A stretch of 48,742 bases of DNA from Acholeplasmataceae bacterium (GTDB lineage: Bacteria > Bacillota_I > Bacilli_A > ML615J-28 > CAG-698). The DNA is taken from contig DUOT01000137.1 in NCBI GenBank assembly GCA_012838705.1, positions 1 to 48,742 of the forward strand. The letters are read 5' to 3'. Every line of letters begins with the position of its first letter. Position 1 is the stretch's first letter. The notes beneath the pieces were generated by a model. The model did not search any database. It had not been told where the DNA came from and worked only from the letters and a program-made list of their open reading frames with translations. The position numbers and the translations under genes were made by a program. This document shows, in pieces, positions 18,063 to 29,015 of this stretch.

Positions 18063-19089
18063 CTATTGCAACAACTGTTGGATTTGTATATATTAATTTC
18101 GCATTATCAATTAAGTTTTTAATTCTAGTAAAACTTTCTTTACTAGTTTTTATTTCCTTAAGTTTTTGACACCAATCAAATGCACCATTACCAATGTGAT
18201 TAATTGAATCTGGAATATAGATTTCTGTAATTTTAGCTGATAAAAAAGCAAGATCGCCTATTTCTTTTATTCCTTCATTAAGTGTTATTGAAGTAAGATC
18301 AGTACAACCATAAAAAGCTTTTAAACCAATCCTTTCCGCATTTATCTCTAATTCTGTCAAGGATACTGCTTGCTCGAAGGCACTTTCATTAATATTTAAT
18401 AGAGACTCTGGAAAATTGATTTTTGTTAGGTAAGTACAATTAGCAAAAGCATTTTTTCCAATTTCGATAATTGTATTAGGAAGAAATACTTCTGTAATTG
18501 TTTTATTATTATAAAATGCTTCATCGGCAATAAATCTTACAGGAAATCCTTCATAGTGATGTGGGATAATAACTGTTCTTTCATCACCACTATAGTTTGT
18601 TACGATATAATAGTTATTTTCCTTTTTTAATTCTAGTCCTTGAGTCATTTCTGTAAAGACTGCATTTACTCTCATGTTACTTTTTACATTATCGAACTCT
18701 TTATCCCATCCAACAAATGCGAAACCTTCTTTAGATGGAATAGGCGGTGTTGCACTATTTAAATAGATTACTTCTTCTTCATAAAAGATATTTTCATCTA
18801 CATAAAAAGACACTGTAAATTTATTAATTTCCCATTGTGCATAAAGATCGATATCGAAATCAAATGAAGCTTTTTCAGTATATGAATTTCCATTTCTATC
18901 TTTCCAAGATATAAAGGTAAAACCTTCTCTTTCTGGTTTTGGAAGCAAAATTTCCATTCCTTTATCAACTGAAATATTCTCAAGCTCATTACCACCATTT
19001 TCATGGAATGTAATCAAAACAGTTTTTTGAGTGCACCCTGATAATATTAATATAAATAAAATAATTATAATTGATGTAATTTTTCTCAT
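18055..19089 (-). CDS. Lipoprotein with Listeria-Bacteroides (Flg_new) repeats and BspA-type LRRs
   Basis: Lipobox L-S-G-C. Two GF.F..W repeat units (EGFTFISWKD, EGFAFVGWDK). Then IIPHHYEGFPV and LRR_5-like units (IEIGKNAFANC, INESAFEQ, IGLKAFYGC, IGDLAFL, IGNGAFDWC). Confidence 0.7.
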   Translation of the reverse strand: MRKITSIIIILFILILSGCTQKTVLITFHENGGNELENISVDKGMEILLPKPEREGFTFISWKDRNGNSYTEKASFDFDIDLYAQWEINKFTVSFYVDENIFYEEEVIYLNSATPPIPSKEGFAFVGWDKEFDNVKSNMRVNAVFTEMTQGLELKKENNYYIVTNYSGDERTVIIPHHYEGFPVRFIADEAFYNNKTITEVFLPNTIIEIGKNAFANCTYLTKINFPESLLNINESAFEQAVSLTELEINAERIGLKAFYGCTDLTSITLNEGIKEIGDLAFLSAKITEIYIPDSINHIGNGAFDWCQKLKEIKTSKESFTRIKNLIDNAKLIYTNPTVVAIEK

Positions 19090-19141
19090 AAAGCCTTCCC
19101 CCTACAAAATTAAATTATACCATATAAAGAAGGAAATGTCT

Positions 19142-19167
19142 AAAAAAACCTGTCACTAAACAGGTTT
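19142..19167 (-). terminator. Rho-independent terminator ending the lipid operon
   Basis: The minus strand reads AAACCTGT-ttagtg-ACAGGTTT followed by T7. It overlaps the bioY stop. Confidence 0.8.
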
Positions 19168-19702
19168 AATTAATTGTTTTTTTAACTCTAATACCAATTA
19201 AAGTTGCTATTATTATTTTAACTGTATCAATAGGGATAAAAAGAAGCATTCCTTTTAATCCTTTTAAAAATGTAATTTCATTTACTATTGAAAATTGGGA
19301 AACACCTAGTAAGTAAATGAAAAGAATTCCAAAGATTATATTTATTAATATGTTATAAAGGAATTTTTGTTTGATTAATTTACTAATAAACAAACTAGCA
19401 AAAGGGAATGCAATTAAAAATCCACCTGTAGGACCAAGGATAACGCCTAGTCCTCCTTTTAAACCACTAAAGACAGGAAGCCCGATAATACCAATTGCAA
19501 GGTATAATAATACGCTTAGAAAAGTAACACGAGGTTTTGCAATATTAGCAATTGTAATGATTATTAATGTTTGTAACGTAAATGGGATTCCTGATATTAC
19601 TATTTGCGGTATTAATATTGTAAAGACACATATTAAAGAAGCATATAAAGATATTAAAACTATTTCTTTAACTTTCGATTGCAAAGATGATTTCACATTC
19701 AC
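19166..19702 (-). CDS. bioY: Biotin ECF-transporter S component BioY
   Basis: 178 aa with 5-6 TM segments. BioY-like blocks ([25 protein letters not shown]). The apparent GTG start at 19702 lies 35 nt inside the 3' end of fabZ, with a GGAG 9 nt upstream. Confidence 0.8.
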   Translation of the reverse strand: MNVKSSLQSKVKEIVLISLYASLICVFTILIPQIVISGIPFTLQTLIIITIANIAKPRVTFLSVLLYLAIGIIGLPVFSGLKGGLGVILGPTGGFLIAFPFASLFISKLIKQKFLYNILINIIFGILFIYLLGVSQFSIVNEITFLKGLKGMLLFIPIDTVKIIIATLIGIRVKKTIN

Positions 19703-20096
19703 AAGCTATTTCTCCATTTACTCTTGCAATACCTTTACTAATACCGATACTTCCTTTTTGTTTTATTAATTCAGCTTCGAGGTGAAGAACATCTCCAGGA
19801 ATAACTTGACGTCGAAACTTAGCGTTTTTAATACCAGCAAATAATGCAAGTTTTCCTTTGTTTTCTTCTGCTGTAAGTAGAGATACTGCTCCAACTTGAG
19901 CTAATGCTTCAATAATTAATACGCCTGGCATAACATGTTTTTGAGGGAAATGTCCCATAAAATGTGCTTCATTGGCAGAGACACATTTAACACCTACTGC
20001 TCTTTTTCCTACTTCTAATTCATCAACACGATCAATTAGAAGGAAAGGATAACGATGAGGTAATATTTTTTGGATTTCATTACTTGTAAGTAACAT
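19668..20096 (-). CDS. fabZ: 3-hydroxyacyl-ACP dehydratase
   Basis: [14 protein letters not shown] and [19 protein letters not shown] motifs. Confidence 0.92.
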   Translation of the reverse strand: MLLTSNEIQKILPHRYPFLLIDRVDELEVGKRAVGVKCVSANEAHFMGHFPQKHVMPGVLIIEALAQVGAVSLLTAEENKGKLALFAGIKNAKFRRQVIPGDVLHLEAELIKQKGSIGISKGIARVNGEIACECEIIFAIES

Positions 20097-20105
20097 ATGC
20101 CCCTC

Positions 20106-21344
20106 CTATTCTTGATATTTTTTAAACACTAAAGTCGCATTATGGCCACCAAAGCCAAGAGAATTACTTAAAGCATAATTAATAATTCTTGTAACTGCTT
20201 TATTAGGTGTATAGTTTAAATCACATTCTTCATCAGGAACCTTGTAGTTTATTGTTGGTGGAACAAGATCATTTTCAATCGCCTTAACAGTAATTATTGC
20301 TTCGATTGCACCAACAGCACCAAGGGCATGACCTGTCATTGATTTAGTTGCACTAATGTTTACATTATATGCATGTTCACCTAAAGCTTTTTTAATTCCT
20401 AATGTTTCAATTCGATCGTTAAAGTATGTAGATGTACCGTGAGCATTAATATAATCAACATCTTCTGGTTTAATATTAGCATCAGCTAAAGCATTAATAA
20501 TACATTTTGTAATGCCTTCAGCATTTTCTTCAGGTGCAGTAATATGATAAGCATCACAAGTTGTATTATATCCTACTATTTCACCATAGATAGGAGCATT
20601 TCTTCTTTTCGCATGTTCTAATTCTTCTAATATTAATACTCCACTTCCTTCAGCCATTACAAAACCACTACGTTCCTTATCAAAAGGAATTGAAGCGCGA
20701 TTTGGATCCTTTGATCTATTAAGTGCGCGCATTGATGAAAAACCACCAATTGCTAGTTCATTAATTGCTGCTTCAGCACCACCAGCAAAAGCAATATCAA
20801 TATAATTATCGCGAATATATCTAAATGCTTCACCAATTGAATTTGTACTTGCGGAACAAGCAGTAACAATTGGTAATGAAGGACCTTTTGCTTTAAACTT
20901 AATAGCAATATTTCCACCAACTAAATTAATTATTGAATTAGGTATGAAAAATGGTGATACACGGTCTCCACCTTTTTCATCAGCTTTTCGAGCTTCACTA
21001 ATGATTGTTGTTAATCCACCAATACCACTAGTAACAAAAGTACCAAAACGATCATGATTAATTTCGGCACCATCTAGTTTAGCATTTTTATAAGCCTCTG
21101 TTGCTGCTATTAATCCATACATAATAACAGGGTCAGTTTTTCGATATTCGTTTGGCTCTAAATATTGACTTGGGTCTAAATCTTTAACTTCTCCGGCAAT
21201 TTGTACCTTTAAGTTACTAGCATCAAAACTCTTAATAAAGTCAATACCATTTTTACCGTTTTTAATACCTTCCCACATAGCATTAACATCATTGCCTAGT
21301 GGAGTAACTGCACCCATACCTGTAATAACTACTCGTCTTTTCAT
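20106..21344 (-). CDS. fabF: 3-oxoacyl-ACP synthase II
   Basis: 412 aa. RRVVITGMG N-terminus, active-site ACSAS, H-G-T-S-T and GFGGHNA motifs. Confidence 0.92.
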   Translation of the reverse strand: MKRRVVITGMGAVTPLGNDVNAMWEGIKNGKNGIDFIKSFDASNLKVQIAGEVKDLDPSQYLEPNEYRKTDPVIMYGLIAATEAYKNAKLDGAEINHDRFGTFVTSGIGGLTTIISEARKADEKGGDRVSPFFIPNSIINLVGGNIAIKFKAKGPSLPIVTACSASTNSIGEAFRYIRDNYIDIAFAGGAEAAINELAIGGFSSMRALNRSKDPNRASIPFDKERSGFVMAEGSGVLILEELEHAKRRNAPIYGEIVGYNTTCDAYHITAPEENAEGITKCIINALADANIKPEDVDYINAHGTSTYFNDRIETLGIKKALGEHAYNVNISATKSMTGHALGAVGAIEAIITVKAIENDLVPPTINYKVPDEECDLNYTPNKAVTRIINYALSNSLGFGGHNATLVFKKYQE

Positions 21345-22088
21345 TTACATCACCATTCCGCCATCTATATTTATTACATGTCCTGTTAAGTAATTTGAAA
21401 GATCAGAAGCTAAAAAGCTAACAACATTTGCAACATCTTCTGGATCTCCTAATCTTCCTAAGGGAATATTTTCAATTGCTTTTTGTTTTAAATCTTCACT
21501 TAAACTATCTGTCATTTTAGTTTGAATAAATCCAGGGGCAACAGCATTAACATTTATGCCTCTAGTTGCTACTTCCTTCGCAAGTGATTTAGTAAGACCA
21601 ATAATACCTGCTTTTGATGCACTATAGTTTGTTTGTCCGAAGTTTCCAACTAAACCTACTACTGATGAAATATTAATTATTTTACCGCTACGTGCTTTCA
21701 TCATATGTTTAATTGCATGTTTGCAGCAATTCCATGTCCCTTTTAGGTTAACATTAATTACTTTATCAAAATCTTCTTCACTCATTCTTAGCATCAAATT
21801 ATCAGCAGTAATTCCAGCATTATTAACAAGAATATCAATTTTACAATATTTAGATATTGCAAATTCAATTAAATTTTTTGCTTCATCAAAATGAGCAACA
21901 TTTGCTTTGACACAATCAGCTTTTAGGTTTTGCTTTTGTAATTTCTCAACAAGTGCGTTAGCTTTATCACTACTAGAATTATAATTAATAATTACAGTTG
22001 CACCAAGGGAAGCTAGTTTTTCTGTTATTTTTTCACCGATTCCAGTTGCACCACCGGTAACAATTGCAACTTTATTTTCTAAATTCAT
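21345..22088 (-). CDS. fabG: 3-oxoacyl-ACP reductase
   Basis: SDR with TGGATGIG and YSASKAG motifs. Position within the fab cluster. Confidence 0.9.
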   Translation of the reverse strand: MNLENKVAIVTGGATGIGEKITEKLASLGATVIINYNSSSDKANALVEKLQKQNLKADCVKANVAHFDEAKNLIEFAISKYCKIDILVNNAGITADNLMLRMSEEDFDKVINVNLKGTWNCCKHAIKHMMKARSGKIINISSVVGLVGNFGQTNYSASKAGIIGLTKSLAKEVATRGINVNAVAPGFIQTKMTDSLSEDLKQKAIENIPLGRLGDPEDVANVVSFLASDLSNYLTGHVINIDGGMVM

Positions 22089-23001
22089 TTTCGTTCCTCC
22101 TTAAGGATTGTAAATCCTCTACATTATTAATACTTATTGTTTTTTTATTTGGAGCAATTTTTTTAATTAAACCACTTAATACTTTCCCAGGACCTATTTC
22201 CACAAACTCATCGATATGGAAACTATCAATCATATATTCAACAGTTTTAATCCACTGTACAGAACTAGTAATTTGTTTTTTCATTATTTCAGGAAGGTTG
22301 TTAATATCTAATGTTTTTCCTGTGTAGTTTGCGATAATTGGAAAAGTAGGATTATTATAAGGCATTTTGTTTACTAATTCATAAATTTTATTAGCTGCTT
22401 TTTCCATTAGTGGAGTGTGGAATGCACCACTAACATTAAGGGGAATAACCCTTTTTGCTATGCCTTTAATTTTTTGCATTACTTTATCAACACTTTCGCT
22501 ATTTCCGCTTATTACAAGTTGAGTAGGACTATTATAATTAGCAATTTGTACTTCCCCAACCTCATTACAAATAGATTCCAATGTTATTTGGTCTAGTCCA
22601 ATTACTGCTGCCATCTTTCCTTTTGTTTGATTAGCACATTCATCCATATACATGGCTCGATACTTGATTAATGTTATGATATTCTGAAAAGAGAAAATAC
22701 CACTAGCATATAGTGCTGAATATTCACCTAAGCTAAAGCCTGCAACGCAAATAGGATTTAATCCTATTTCTCTTTTTAATACTTCATAAATAGCAATTGA
22801 AGTAACAAGGATACATGGTTGGGTATATTTTGTTTGTGAGAGCTGGTCATTATCCTCAAAGCATATAGATGGGACATCAAATCCTAGAATCTTTGATGCC
22901 TCATCATACATACTTTTTACATAATCAAACTTTTCATAAAAGTCTTTTCCCATTCCAATGTATTGTGCACCTTGTCCGGCAAATACTAAAGCTTTTTTCA
23001 T
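22072..23001 (-). CDS. fabD: Malonyl-CoA:ACP transacylase
   Basis: FAGQGAQ and GFSLGEYSAL motifs. Confidence 0.92.
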   Translation of the reverse strand: MKKALVFAGQGAQYIGMGKDFYEKFDYVKSMYDEASKILGFDVPSICFEDNDQLSQTKYTQPCILVTSIAIYEVLKREIGLNPICVAGFSLGEYSALYASGIFSFQNIITLIKYRAMYMDECANQTKGKMAAVIGLDQITLESICNEVGEVQIANYNSPTQLVISGNSESVDKVMQKIKGIAKRVIPLNVSGAFHTPLMEKAANKIYELVNKMPYNNPTFPIIANYTGKTLDINNLPEIMKKQITSSVQWIKTVEYMIDSFHIDEFVEIGPGKVLSGLIKKIAPNKKTISINNVEDLQSLRRNENEFRK

Positions 23002-23921
23002 AAAACAACTATTTCTTTATTTACATCGGTAAATAAAAATTCAATTATTTCTTTTACCGATTTAATTTCTTTAATTAATCCAGATACTTGACCAGCCATT
23101 AGTGATCCGTTTTCAACATCACCTTCAAGTACTGCTTTTCGTAAAGAACCAAGAGTTAGTTTTTCTAGTTCCATACGATCAACATTTTGATTTGATAGTT
23201 TAAGATATTCTCGAGCCATTTTATTTTTTAGAACGCGAACTGGAGCATTTACTACTCTTCCAGTAACAATTGTATCTGTATCTTTTGCATCTACAATTTT
23301 TTGTTTATAATTTTCATGGATAGGACATTCTACTGCAGTAAGGAAAATTGTCCCAACTTGGATACCTTTAGCACCAAGAGCAAATGCTGCAACAACTTGT
23401 CTAGGGTCAGCAATACCTCCAGCAGCAATAACAGGAATATTAACTGCATCGACAACTTGAGGAACCAATGCCATAGTTGTTATTTCACCGATATGTCCTC
23501 CAGCTTCTGTTCCTTCAGCAACTACTGCATCAGCACCAATTCGTTCCATCCTTTTTGCTAGTGCGACACTTGGAACAACTGGAATTACAGTAATATCTGC
23601 TTTTTTCCATTCTGGAATATAAGCTCCTGGACTACCTGCACCTGTTGTAACAACTTTTACACCTTCTTCAATTACAACTCTAGCAATTTTTTCCGCAAAA
23701 GGACTCATAAGCATAATATTAACACCAAATGGTTTGTTTGTTAACAAGCGGCATTTTCTAATTTCTTCACGAACCCAATTTTCATTATTTCCACCAGCAG
23801 AAATTAATCCTAAACCTCCTGCATTACTTACAGCAGAAGCGAGGCGATGATCGGCAATATTAGCCATTCCTCCTTGGATAATTGGATATTTAATATTTAG
23901 TAACTTGCAAATATTTTTCAT
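22998..23921 (-). CDS. fabK: Enoyl-ACP reductase II (FMN-dependent, NPD-type)
   Basis: YPIIQGGMA N-terminus. TIM-barrel nitronate-monooxygenase-like blocks (VTTGAGSP, AEGTEAGGH, IAAGGIAD). Position within the fab cluster. Confidence 0.85.
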   Translation of the reverse strand: MKNICKLLNIKYPIIQGGMANIADHRLASAVSNAGGLGLISAGGNNENWVREEIRKCRLLTNKPFGVNIMLMSPFAEKIARVVIEEGVKVVTTGAGSPGAYIPEWKKADITVIPVVPSVALAKRMERIGADAVVAEGTEAGGHIGEITTMALVPQVVDAVNIPVIAAGGIADPRQVVAAFALGAKGIQVGTIFLTAVECPIHENYKQKIVDAKDTDTIVTGRVVNAPVRVLKNKMAREYLKLSNQNVDRMELEKLTLGSLRKAVLEGDVENGSLMAGQVSGLIKEIKSVKEIIEFLFTDVNKEIVVL

Positions 23922-23933
23922 ATTTAGTCTCCT

Positions 23934-24866
23934 TTATATTGAAAGGATAGCTCCACCCCATGTGAAGCCACCACCAAATGCAATAAGCATAATTTTTTGA
24001 TTTTCTTTTCTTGGTTTTTGATTTAAGTATTCATCTAAAGCAATAATGACACTTGCTGCAGATGTATTACCATAATTTCTAATATTTACATAAAACTTAT
24101 CATTACTAATATTAAGGCTGTTTGCTGCAGCATTAATAATCCGATAGTTTGCTTGGTGGGGAATAATCATATCTATGTCATCGATTGATGTTTTTGTATT
24201 TTTAAGTAGCGTTTTGATAGTATGTGGAATAATGGTTATAGCAAATTCATATACTTTTGGACCATTTAACTTAATTTTATCTTTGAGATATAAATAATTT
24301 TGAAGGTCACCTGATGATGAAGTATAAAAATATGCTGGATTATTATTACTATTTTCGATAATCATTGCTCCTGCTCCATCACCAAATAAAACACATGTAT
24401 TCCGGTCTGTATAATCGACAACATTAGATAGTTTCTCAGCACCAACTATTAATGCACTTTTATAATTTCCACTATTAAGCATTTGTGTCGCAACATTTAG
24501 TGCATATATAAAGCCAGTACAAGCAGCATTAAGATCAAAACAAGTTATTTCTTGATCATTTAGTTTTAACTTTCCTTGAAGGCTTGATGCTACTGATGGC
24601 ATAATATGTTCACTAGAAATGGTTGCGCAAATGATTAGATCAATTTTTCTAACATCGTATTTAATCTTTTTTATCGCTAGTTTAGCTGCACGATAAGCAA
24701 GGTCTAATACTGTTTCATCTTTTGCAATCCTTCGTTTCTTTATACCTGTCCTTGATTGAATCCATTCATCACTTGTATCAACAAGTTTTTCTAAATCTTC
24801 ATTAGTAAGTTCAGAAGCAGGTAGATAACTACTAGTTGCAACTACTTTTATATTGTTTTCCCTCAT
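23934..24866 (-). CDS. fabH: 3-oxoacyl-ACP synthase III
   Basis: 310 aa. Active-site block NAACTGF, PHQAN and GNTSAAS motifs. Confidence 0.92.
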   Translation of the reverse strand: MRENNIKVVATSSYLPASELTNEDLEKLVDTSDEWIQSRTGIKKRRIAKDETVLDLAYRAAKLAIKKIKYDVRKIDLIICATISSEHIMPSVASSLQGKLKLNDQEITCFDLNAACTGFIYALNVATQMLNSGNYKSALIVGAEKLSNVVDYTDRNTCVLFGDGAGAMIIENSNNNPAYFYTSSSGDLQNYLYLKDKIKLNGPKVYEFAITIIPHTIKTLLKNTKTSIDDIDMIIPHQANYRIINAAANSLNISNDKFYVNIRNYGNTSAASVIIALDEYLNQKPRKENQKIMLIAFGGGFTWGGAILSI

Positions 24867-24877
24867 CCTTATCTCCT

Positions 24878-25336
24878 TTAGTCTTCATCATAAAAAGTAT
24901 CGATTATTTCATTTAGTTTTGATAAAACATTGTTTAGATTTATTGCATCTTGTAACTTTATTTCTTTCATTAGATTTGTTAGTAGTTGATTATAGAACTT
25001 TTGATACTTTTTAATTACTAAAATTGCTTTTTTAGTTAAGTAAAGGACGATGACACGACGATCTTGTTTATGACGATTACGAATGATATATCCCTTCTTT
25101 ACAAGAGTATTAACTGTAATTGATAGTGTTCCTTTAGTAATCATTAGTCCTCTTGCAATATCAGACATTGATTTTGTATTGGAAATACCAATTTGATATA
25201 ATACTTTGATTTCTGTAGGGGATACATCAGTTATTTCATGTTTTCGAAGATATTCTTTTTCATAAAATTGTAACTTAGTCTGAAATTCAAAAAAAGATTC
25301 ACCAATATTGTTAATCAAATCATCATAATTTGCCAT
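24878..25336 (-). CDS. fabT: MarR-family fatty-acid synthesis repressor, FabT-like
   Basis: The block LMITKGTLSITVNTLVKKGYIIRNRHKQDRRVIVLYLTKKA closely parallels my recollection of streptococcal FabT (LMVTLGTV...LERKGYIER.RSEQDRRVV.L.LTKKG). ATG at 25336 overlaps the accA end by 14 nt. An alternative upstream start is at 25393. Confidence 0.75.
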   Translation of the reverse strand: MANYDDLINNIGESFFEFQTKLQFYEKEYLRKHEITDVSPTEIKVLYQIGISNTKSMSDIARGLMITKGTLSITVNTLVKKGYIIRNRHKQDRRVIVLYLTKKAILVIKKYQKFYNQLLTNLMKEIKLQDAINLNNVLSKLNEIIDTFYDED

Positions 25337-26129
25337 ATATTCCAATATTCCTATATTTTTGATATCGTTTTTCGCATAGTTTGTTGACATCAATTTCTTT
25401 TAAAGCTTGGTATTTTGAAATTAATTGATTTTTTAAATATTGGAATGATTTTTGAGGTTCAATATGTAATCCACCATTAAATTCTGGAATAATGCGATCA
25501 ATTATTTGATAATTAAATAAATCTTCAGCTGTTAATTTCATTACTGCTGCTGATTCTTTCGCAAGGCTTGCATCTTTGTAAAGAATAGATGCAAATCCTT
25601 CAGGAGAAAGAATTGAGTAAATCGCGTTTTCAAACATCCAAATTTCATCACTTACTCCAATTGCTAGGGCTCCACCACTACCACCTTCACCAAGGACAAC
25701 AGCAATCATTTGTGTTTTTAAATCAATCATTGTAAATAAGTTTTCTGCAATCGCTGCTGCTTGTCCGCGTTCTTCAGCACCGATTCCTGGAAAGGCTCCT
25801 GGAGTATCAATAATAAATAATATTGGACGATTAAACTTCTCTGCTTGTTTCATTAATCGTAAAGCTTTACGATAGCCTTCAGGATGAGGCATTCCAAAGT
25901 TGTATTTAATCTTTTCTGGTGTTGTTTCCCCCTTTTCCTGAGCAATAACGGTTATAGGCATATCATTTAGAAACCCAATACCGCAAAGCATAGAAGTATC
26001 ATCACTAAATAAGCGATCTCCTTTAAGCTCAATAAAATCATCGATTAAAAACTCAATTAGCTTTTTTGCTGTTGGTCTTTTCGGATTACGGGCTGTTAAG
26101 ACTTTATTCCAAACATGTTCAGCATTCAT
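25323..26129 (-). CDS. accA: Acetyl-CoA carboxylase carboxyltransferase alpha subunit
   Basis: RPTAKKLIEF, IIDTPGAFPG and GEGGSGGALA motifs. Confidence 0.92.
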   Translation of the reverse strand: MNAEHVWNKVLTARNPKRPTAKKLIEFLIDDFIELKGDRLFSDDTSMLCGIGFLNDMPITVIAQEKGETTPEKIKYNFGMPHPEGYRKALRLMKQAEKFNRPILFIIDTPGAFPGIGAEERGQAAAIAENLFTMIDLKTQMIAVVLGEGGSGGALAIGVSDEIWMFENAIYSILSPEGFASILYKDASLAKESAAVMKLTAEDLFNYQIIDRIIPEFNGGLHIEPQKSFQYLKNQLISKYQALKEIDVNKLCEKRYQKYRNIGIYGKL

Positions 26130-26998
26130 GATTTCACCCCGTGAAGAATAAGTAGTTTATATAAAATATTTCGTAATTCATTACGATTACATACAATATC
26201 AACAAAACCTTTGTTTTGTTGGAATTCGGCTGTTTGGAACCCATGAGGAAGATCTTGTTTGATTGTTTGTTGGATTACTCTTTTACCAGCAAAACCAATT
26301 AATGCTCCCTTTTCCGCAATTATCACATCACCTAAGAAAGCAAAACTAGCTGCAACACCACCTGTAGTAGGATCGGTTAAGATGCTAATATATAGTAGGC
26401 CTGCATTATGATGGTGTTTAATTGCTGCACTAGTTTTAGCCATTTGCATTAGTGAAAACATACCTTCTTGCATTCGTGCTCCACCTGAAGCAGAAAATAT
26501 AATTAAAGGAAGTTTATTTGTAGTTGCATATTCAGCAAGACGGGTTACTTTTTCACCAACAACTGAACCCATTGATCCCATCATAAAATTACTATCTAAT
26601 ACACCAATTGCAACTGTTATGCCTTTGATTTTTCCTGTACCACATATAAATGCTTCAAGTTCATTACTCGATTTTTGGTATTTTTCTATTTTCACTTCAT
26701 AGTCTGGGAAGTCAAGAGGATTTTTTGAAATTAGTTTAGCATCCATTTCTACGAAAGAATCTTTATCACAAGTAAGATTAATGCGGTCACGAGCATTAAT
26801 ACGAAAATGATGTCCACAAATATGACATGTATAATTATTAATACTTAAATCTTCATGAAAAATATATTCATGACAATTATCGCATTTGATAAATAATCCA
26901 TCTGGAATATTTACTTTTGTCGTCGTTTTCGTTTTCCCTCTAATATCTTTAAATGTTTCAACTTTTGCTTTTCGATCTTCAAAAAAATCATTATTCAT
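26126..26998 (-). CDS. accD: Acetyl-CoA carboxylase carboxyltransferase beta subunit
   Basis: N-terminal Zn ribbon CDNC...CHICGHH and the SGGARMQEG motif. Confidence 0.92.
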   Translation of the reverse strand: MNNDFFEDRKAKVETFKDIRGKTKTTTKVNIPDGLFIKCDNCHEYIFHEDLSINNYTCHICGHHFRINARDRINLTCDKDSFVEMDAKLISKNPLDFPDYEVKIEKYQKSSNELEAFICGTGKIKGITVAIGVLDSNFMMGSMGSVVGEKVTRLAEYATTNKLPLIIFSASGGARMQEGMFSLMQMAKTSAAIKHHHNAGLLYISILTDPTTGGVAASFAFLGDVIIAEKGALIGFAGKRVIQQTIKQDLPHGFQTAEFQQNKGFVDIVCNRNELRNILYKLLILHGVKS

Positions 26999-28355
26999 TT
27001 CGATTCTCCTTCATTAGTTTCACAAAAGTGTTTGCGAAACTGGTATCGTAGATTCCCCGAACAAAAGATGGATTATGCATTATTAAATATTGCATTTCAA
27101 TATTTGTTTGAATTCCATCGATTATTAATTGTTCGATTGCAACTCGCATTTTTCGAATTGCTTCACGGCGAGTAGGTGCATGAACAATTAATTTCGCAAG
27201 CAAGGAATCATAATAAGGTGGAACTTCATAATTGTTATAAAGATGTGTGTCAATTCTTATTCCAAATCCACCTGGTAATACTAAGTTTTTAATTAATCCT
27301 GGTGAAGGTCGAAAATCATTCATTGGATCTTCAGCAGTGATCCGACATTCTAATGCATGTCCTTTAAGTTTAATACTATCTTGAGTATAAGTTAGATTAT
27401 GTCCATAAGCAATTTTAATTTGCTCTTTTACAATATCAACTCCTGTTACCATTTCTGTTACAGGATGTTCAACTTGAATTCTAGTATTCATCTCCATAAA
27501 GTAAAAGTTTTGTTTTTGGTCAACTATAAACTCAACTGTACCTGCACTTTGGTAATTACAAGCCTTAGCAAGTTTTATAGCTGCTCGACCTAAAAGTCTA
27601 CGTAAACGTTCATTTACAAATGGAGAAGGTGATTCTTCAATAAATTTTTGATTACGTTTTTGGATTGAACAATCTCTTTCACCGAGGTGAATAATATTTC
27701 CAAATTTATCAGCAAGAATTTGAACTTCAATATGACGAGGATTTTCAATATATTTTTCAATATAAACATCCCCAACACCAAAGTTAGATTCTGCTTCGAA
27801 TCGAGTCTTAGCAAAACTATTTCTTAGTTCGCTTTCAGAACTAATTAAGCTTATTCCTTTACCCCCGCCCCCACAAGTAGCCTTTAGGAGGATTGGATAG
27901 CCAATTTTATTTGCAATTTCAACAGCTTCTTCAACCGTTTCAACATTTCCTTTGGACCCTTCCACAATCGGAACACCAGCACTTTTTGCTATTTGTCTTG
28001 CTTTGACTTTATTACCTAAAGTTTTTATATGCTCGCTTGTTGGGCCAATGAATGTTAAATTACACTTTTCTACAATCTCAGCAAACTTTTCATTTTCGGA
28101 TAGAAAACCATATCCAGGATGAATAGCATTACAACCAGTTGCAATAGCAGCACTTATAATATTATTAATATTTAAATAGCTATTACGACTAGGTGCATCA
28201 CCAACACAAATTGCTTCATCAGCAAATTGTACATGTAAACTTTTTTCATCCACTTTTGAATAAATAGCAACTGTATTTATTCCTAATTCTTTACAAGCGC
28301 GAATAATTCTTAGAGCTATTTCCCCTCGATTAGCAATTAGTACTTTATTAGGCAT
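26991..28355 (-). CDS. accC: Biotin carboxylase
   Basis: VLIANRGEIA N-terminus, ATP-grasp GGGGKG, and EMNTRIQVEHPVTE. Confidence 0.95.
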   Translation of the reverse strand: MPNKVLIANRGEIALRIIRACKELGINTVAIYSKVDEKSLHVQFADEAICVGDAPSRNSYLNINNIISAAIATGCNAIHPGYGFLSENEKFAEIVEKCNLTFIGPTSEHIKTLGNKVKARQIAKSAGVPIVEGSKGNVETVEEAVEIANKIGYPILLKATCGGGGKGISLISSESELRNSFAKTRFEAESNFGVGDVYIEKYIENPRHIEVQILADKFGNIIHLGERDCSIQKRNQKFIEESPSPFVNERLRRLLGRAAIKLAKACNYQSAGTVEFIVDQKQNFYFMEMNTRIQVEHPVTEMVTGVDIVKEQIKIAYGHNLTYTQDSIKLKGHALECRITAEDPMNDFRPSPGLIKNLVLPGGFGIRIDTHLYNNYEVPPYYDSLLAKLIVHAPTRREAIRKMRVAIEQLIIDGIQTNIEMQYLIMHNPSFVRGIYDTSFANTFVKLMKENRNE

Positions 28356-28359
28356 AATA

Positions 28360-28761
28360 TCACATCGGTTCGATAATCATAAGGACTTGATCGATACCTA
28401 CGGCCTCATTATTGCTTACTTTAATTTCACTTACAATGCCACTAATCGGGGATTCTATTTCATTCATAATTTTCATTGCTTCGATAATGCATAGTGTATC
28501 TCCAGCATTAACCTTTTGGCCAACACGTACAAATGGTTTTTCCTTAGGACTTGGTGCACTATAAAAAGTACCAACTAAAGGACTTGTTACTGGATAACCT
28601 GTTGTTTTTTCTTCTTGAACTTTAGCTGTAGATTTTTCTTCTTTTTTAGTAATAGTGTCTTTTTGTAATTTAATCTTAAAATCGGAAGTTTCGAGTTCCA
28701 TTGAAGTTAGGGATGAAGTTTCAAAATCTTTAATAATGGTTTGAATTAATTTATAATCCAT
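28360..28761 (-). CDS. accB: Biotin carboxyl carrier protein
   Basis: C-terminal biotinyl domain with IEAMKIMNEI (the biotinylated Lys in A-M-K). Confidence 0.9.
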   Translation of the reverse strand: MDYKLIQTIIKDFETSSLTSMELETSDFKIKLQKDTITKKEEKSTAKVQEEKTTGYPVTSPLVGTFYSAPSPKEKPFVRVGQKVNAGDTLCIIEAMKIMNEIESPISGIVSEIKVSNNEAVGIDQVLMIIEPM

Positions 28762-28780
28762 CTTTCTCCTCCTTATTATT

Positions 28781-29002
28781 TTATAGAGTTTCTAGTAAGG
28801 AAACTATATCTTTTACTGTTCTAATATTTTGTGCTTTCTCATCTGGGATAGTGATGTTGAATTCTTCTTCAATTGCCATTATTAATTCAACAGCATCAAG
28901 TGAGTCAGCTCCTAAATCATTTTGTAAATCAGTTTCTAAAGTAATTTTCTTCTCATCAACATTTAATTCATTTGCAATAATATTTGCTACTTTTTCAAAC
29001 AT
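28781..29002 (-). CDS. acpP: Acyl carrier protein
   Basis: 73 aa with LGADSLD phosphopantetheine-attachment motif. ATG at 29002 follows an AAGGAGG RBS. The track extension to 29086 runs through the upstream degV gene. Confidence 0.9.
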   Translation of the reverse strand: MFEKVANIIANELNVDEKKITLETDLQNDLGADSLDAVELIMAIEEEFNITIPDEKAQNIRTVKDIVSLLETL

Positions 29003-29015
29003 AAATATATCCTCC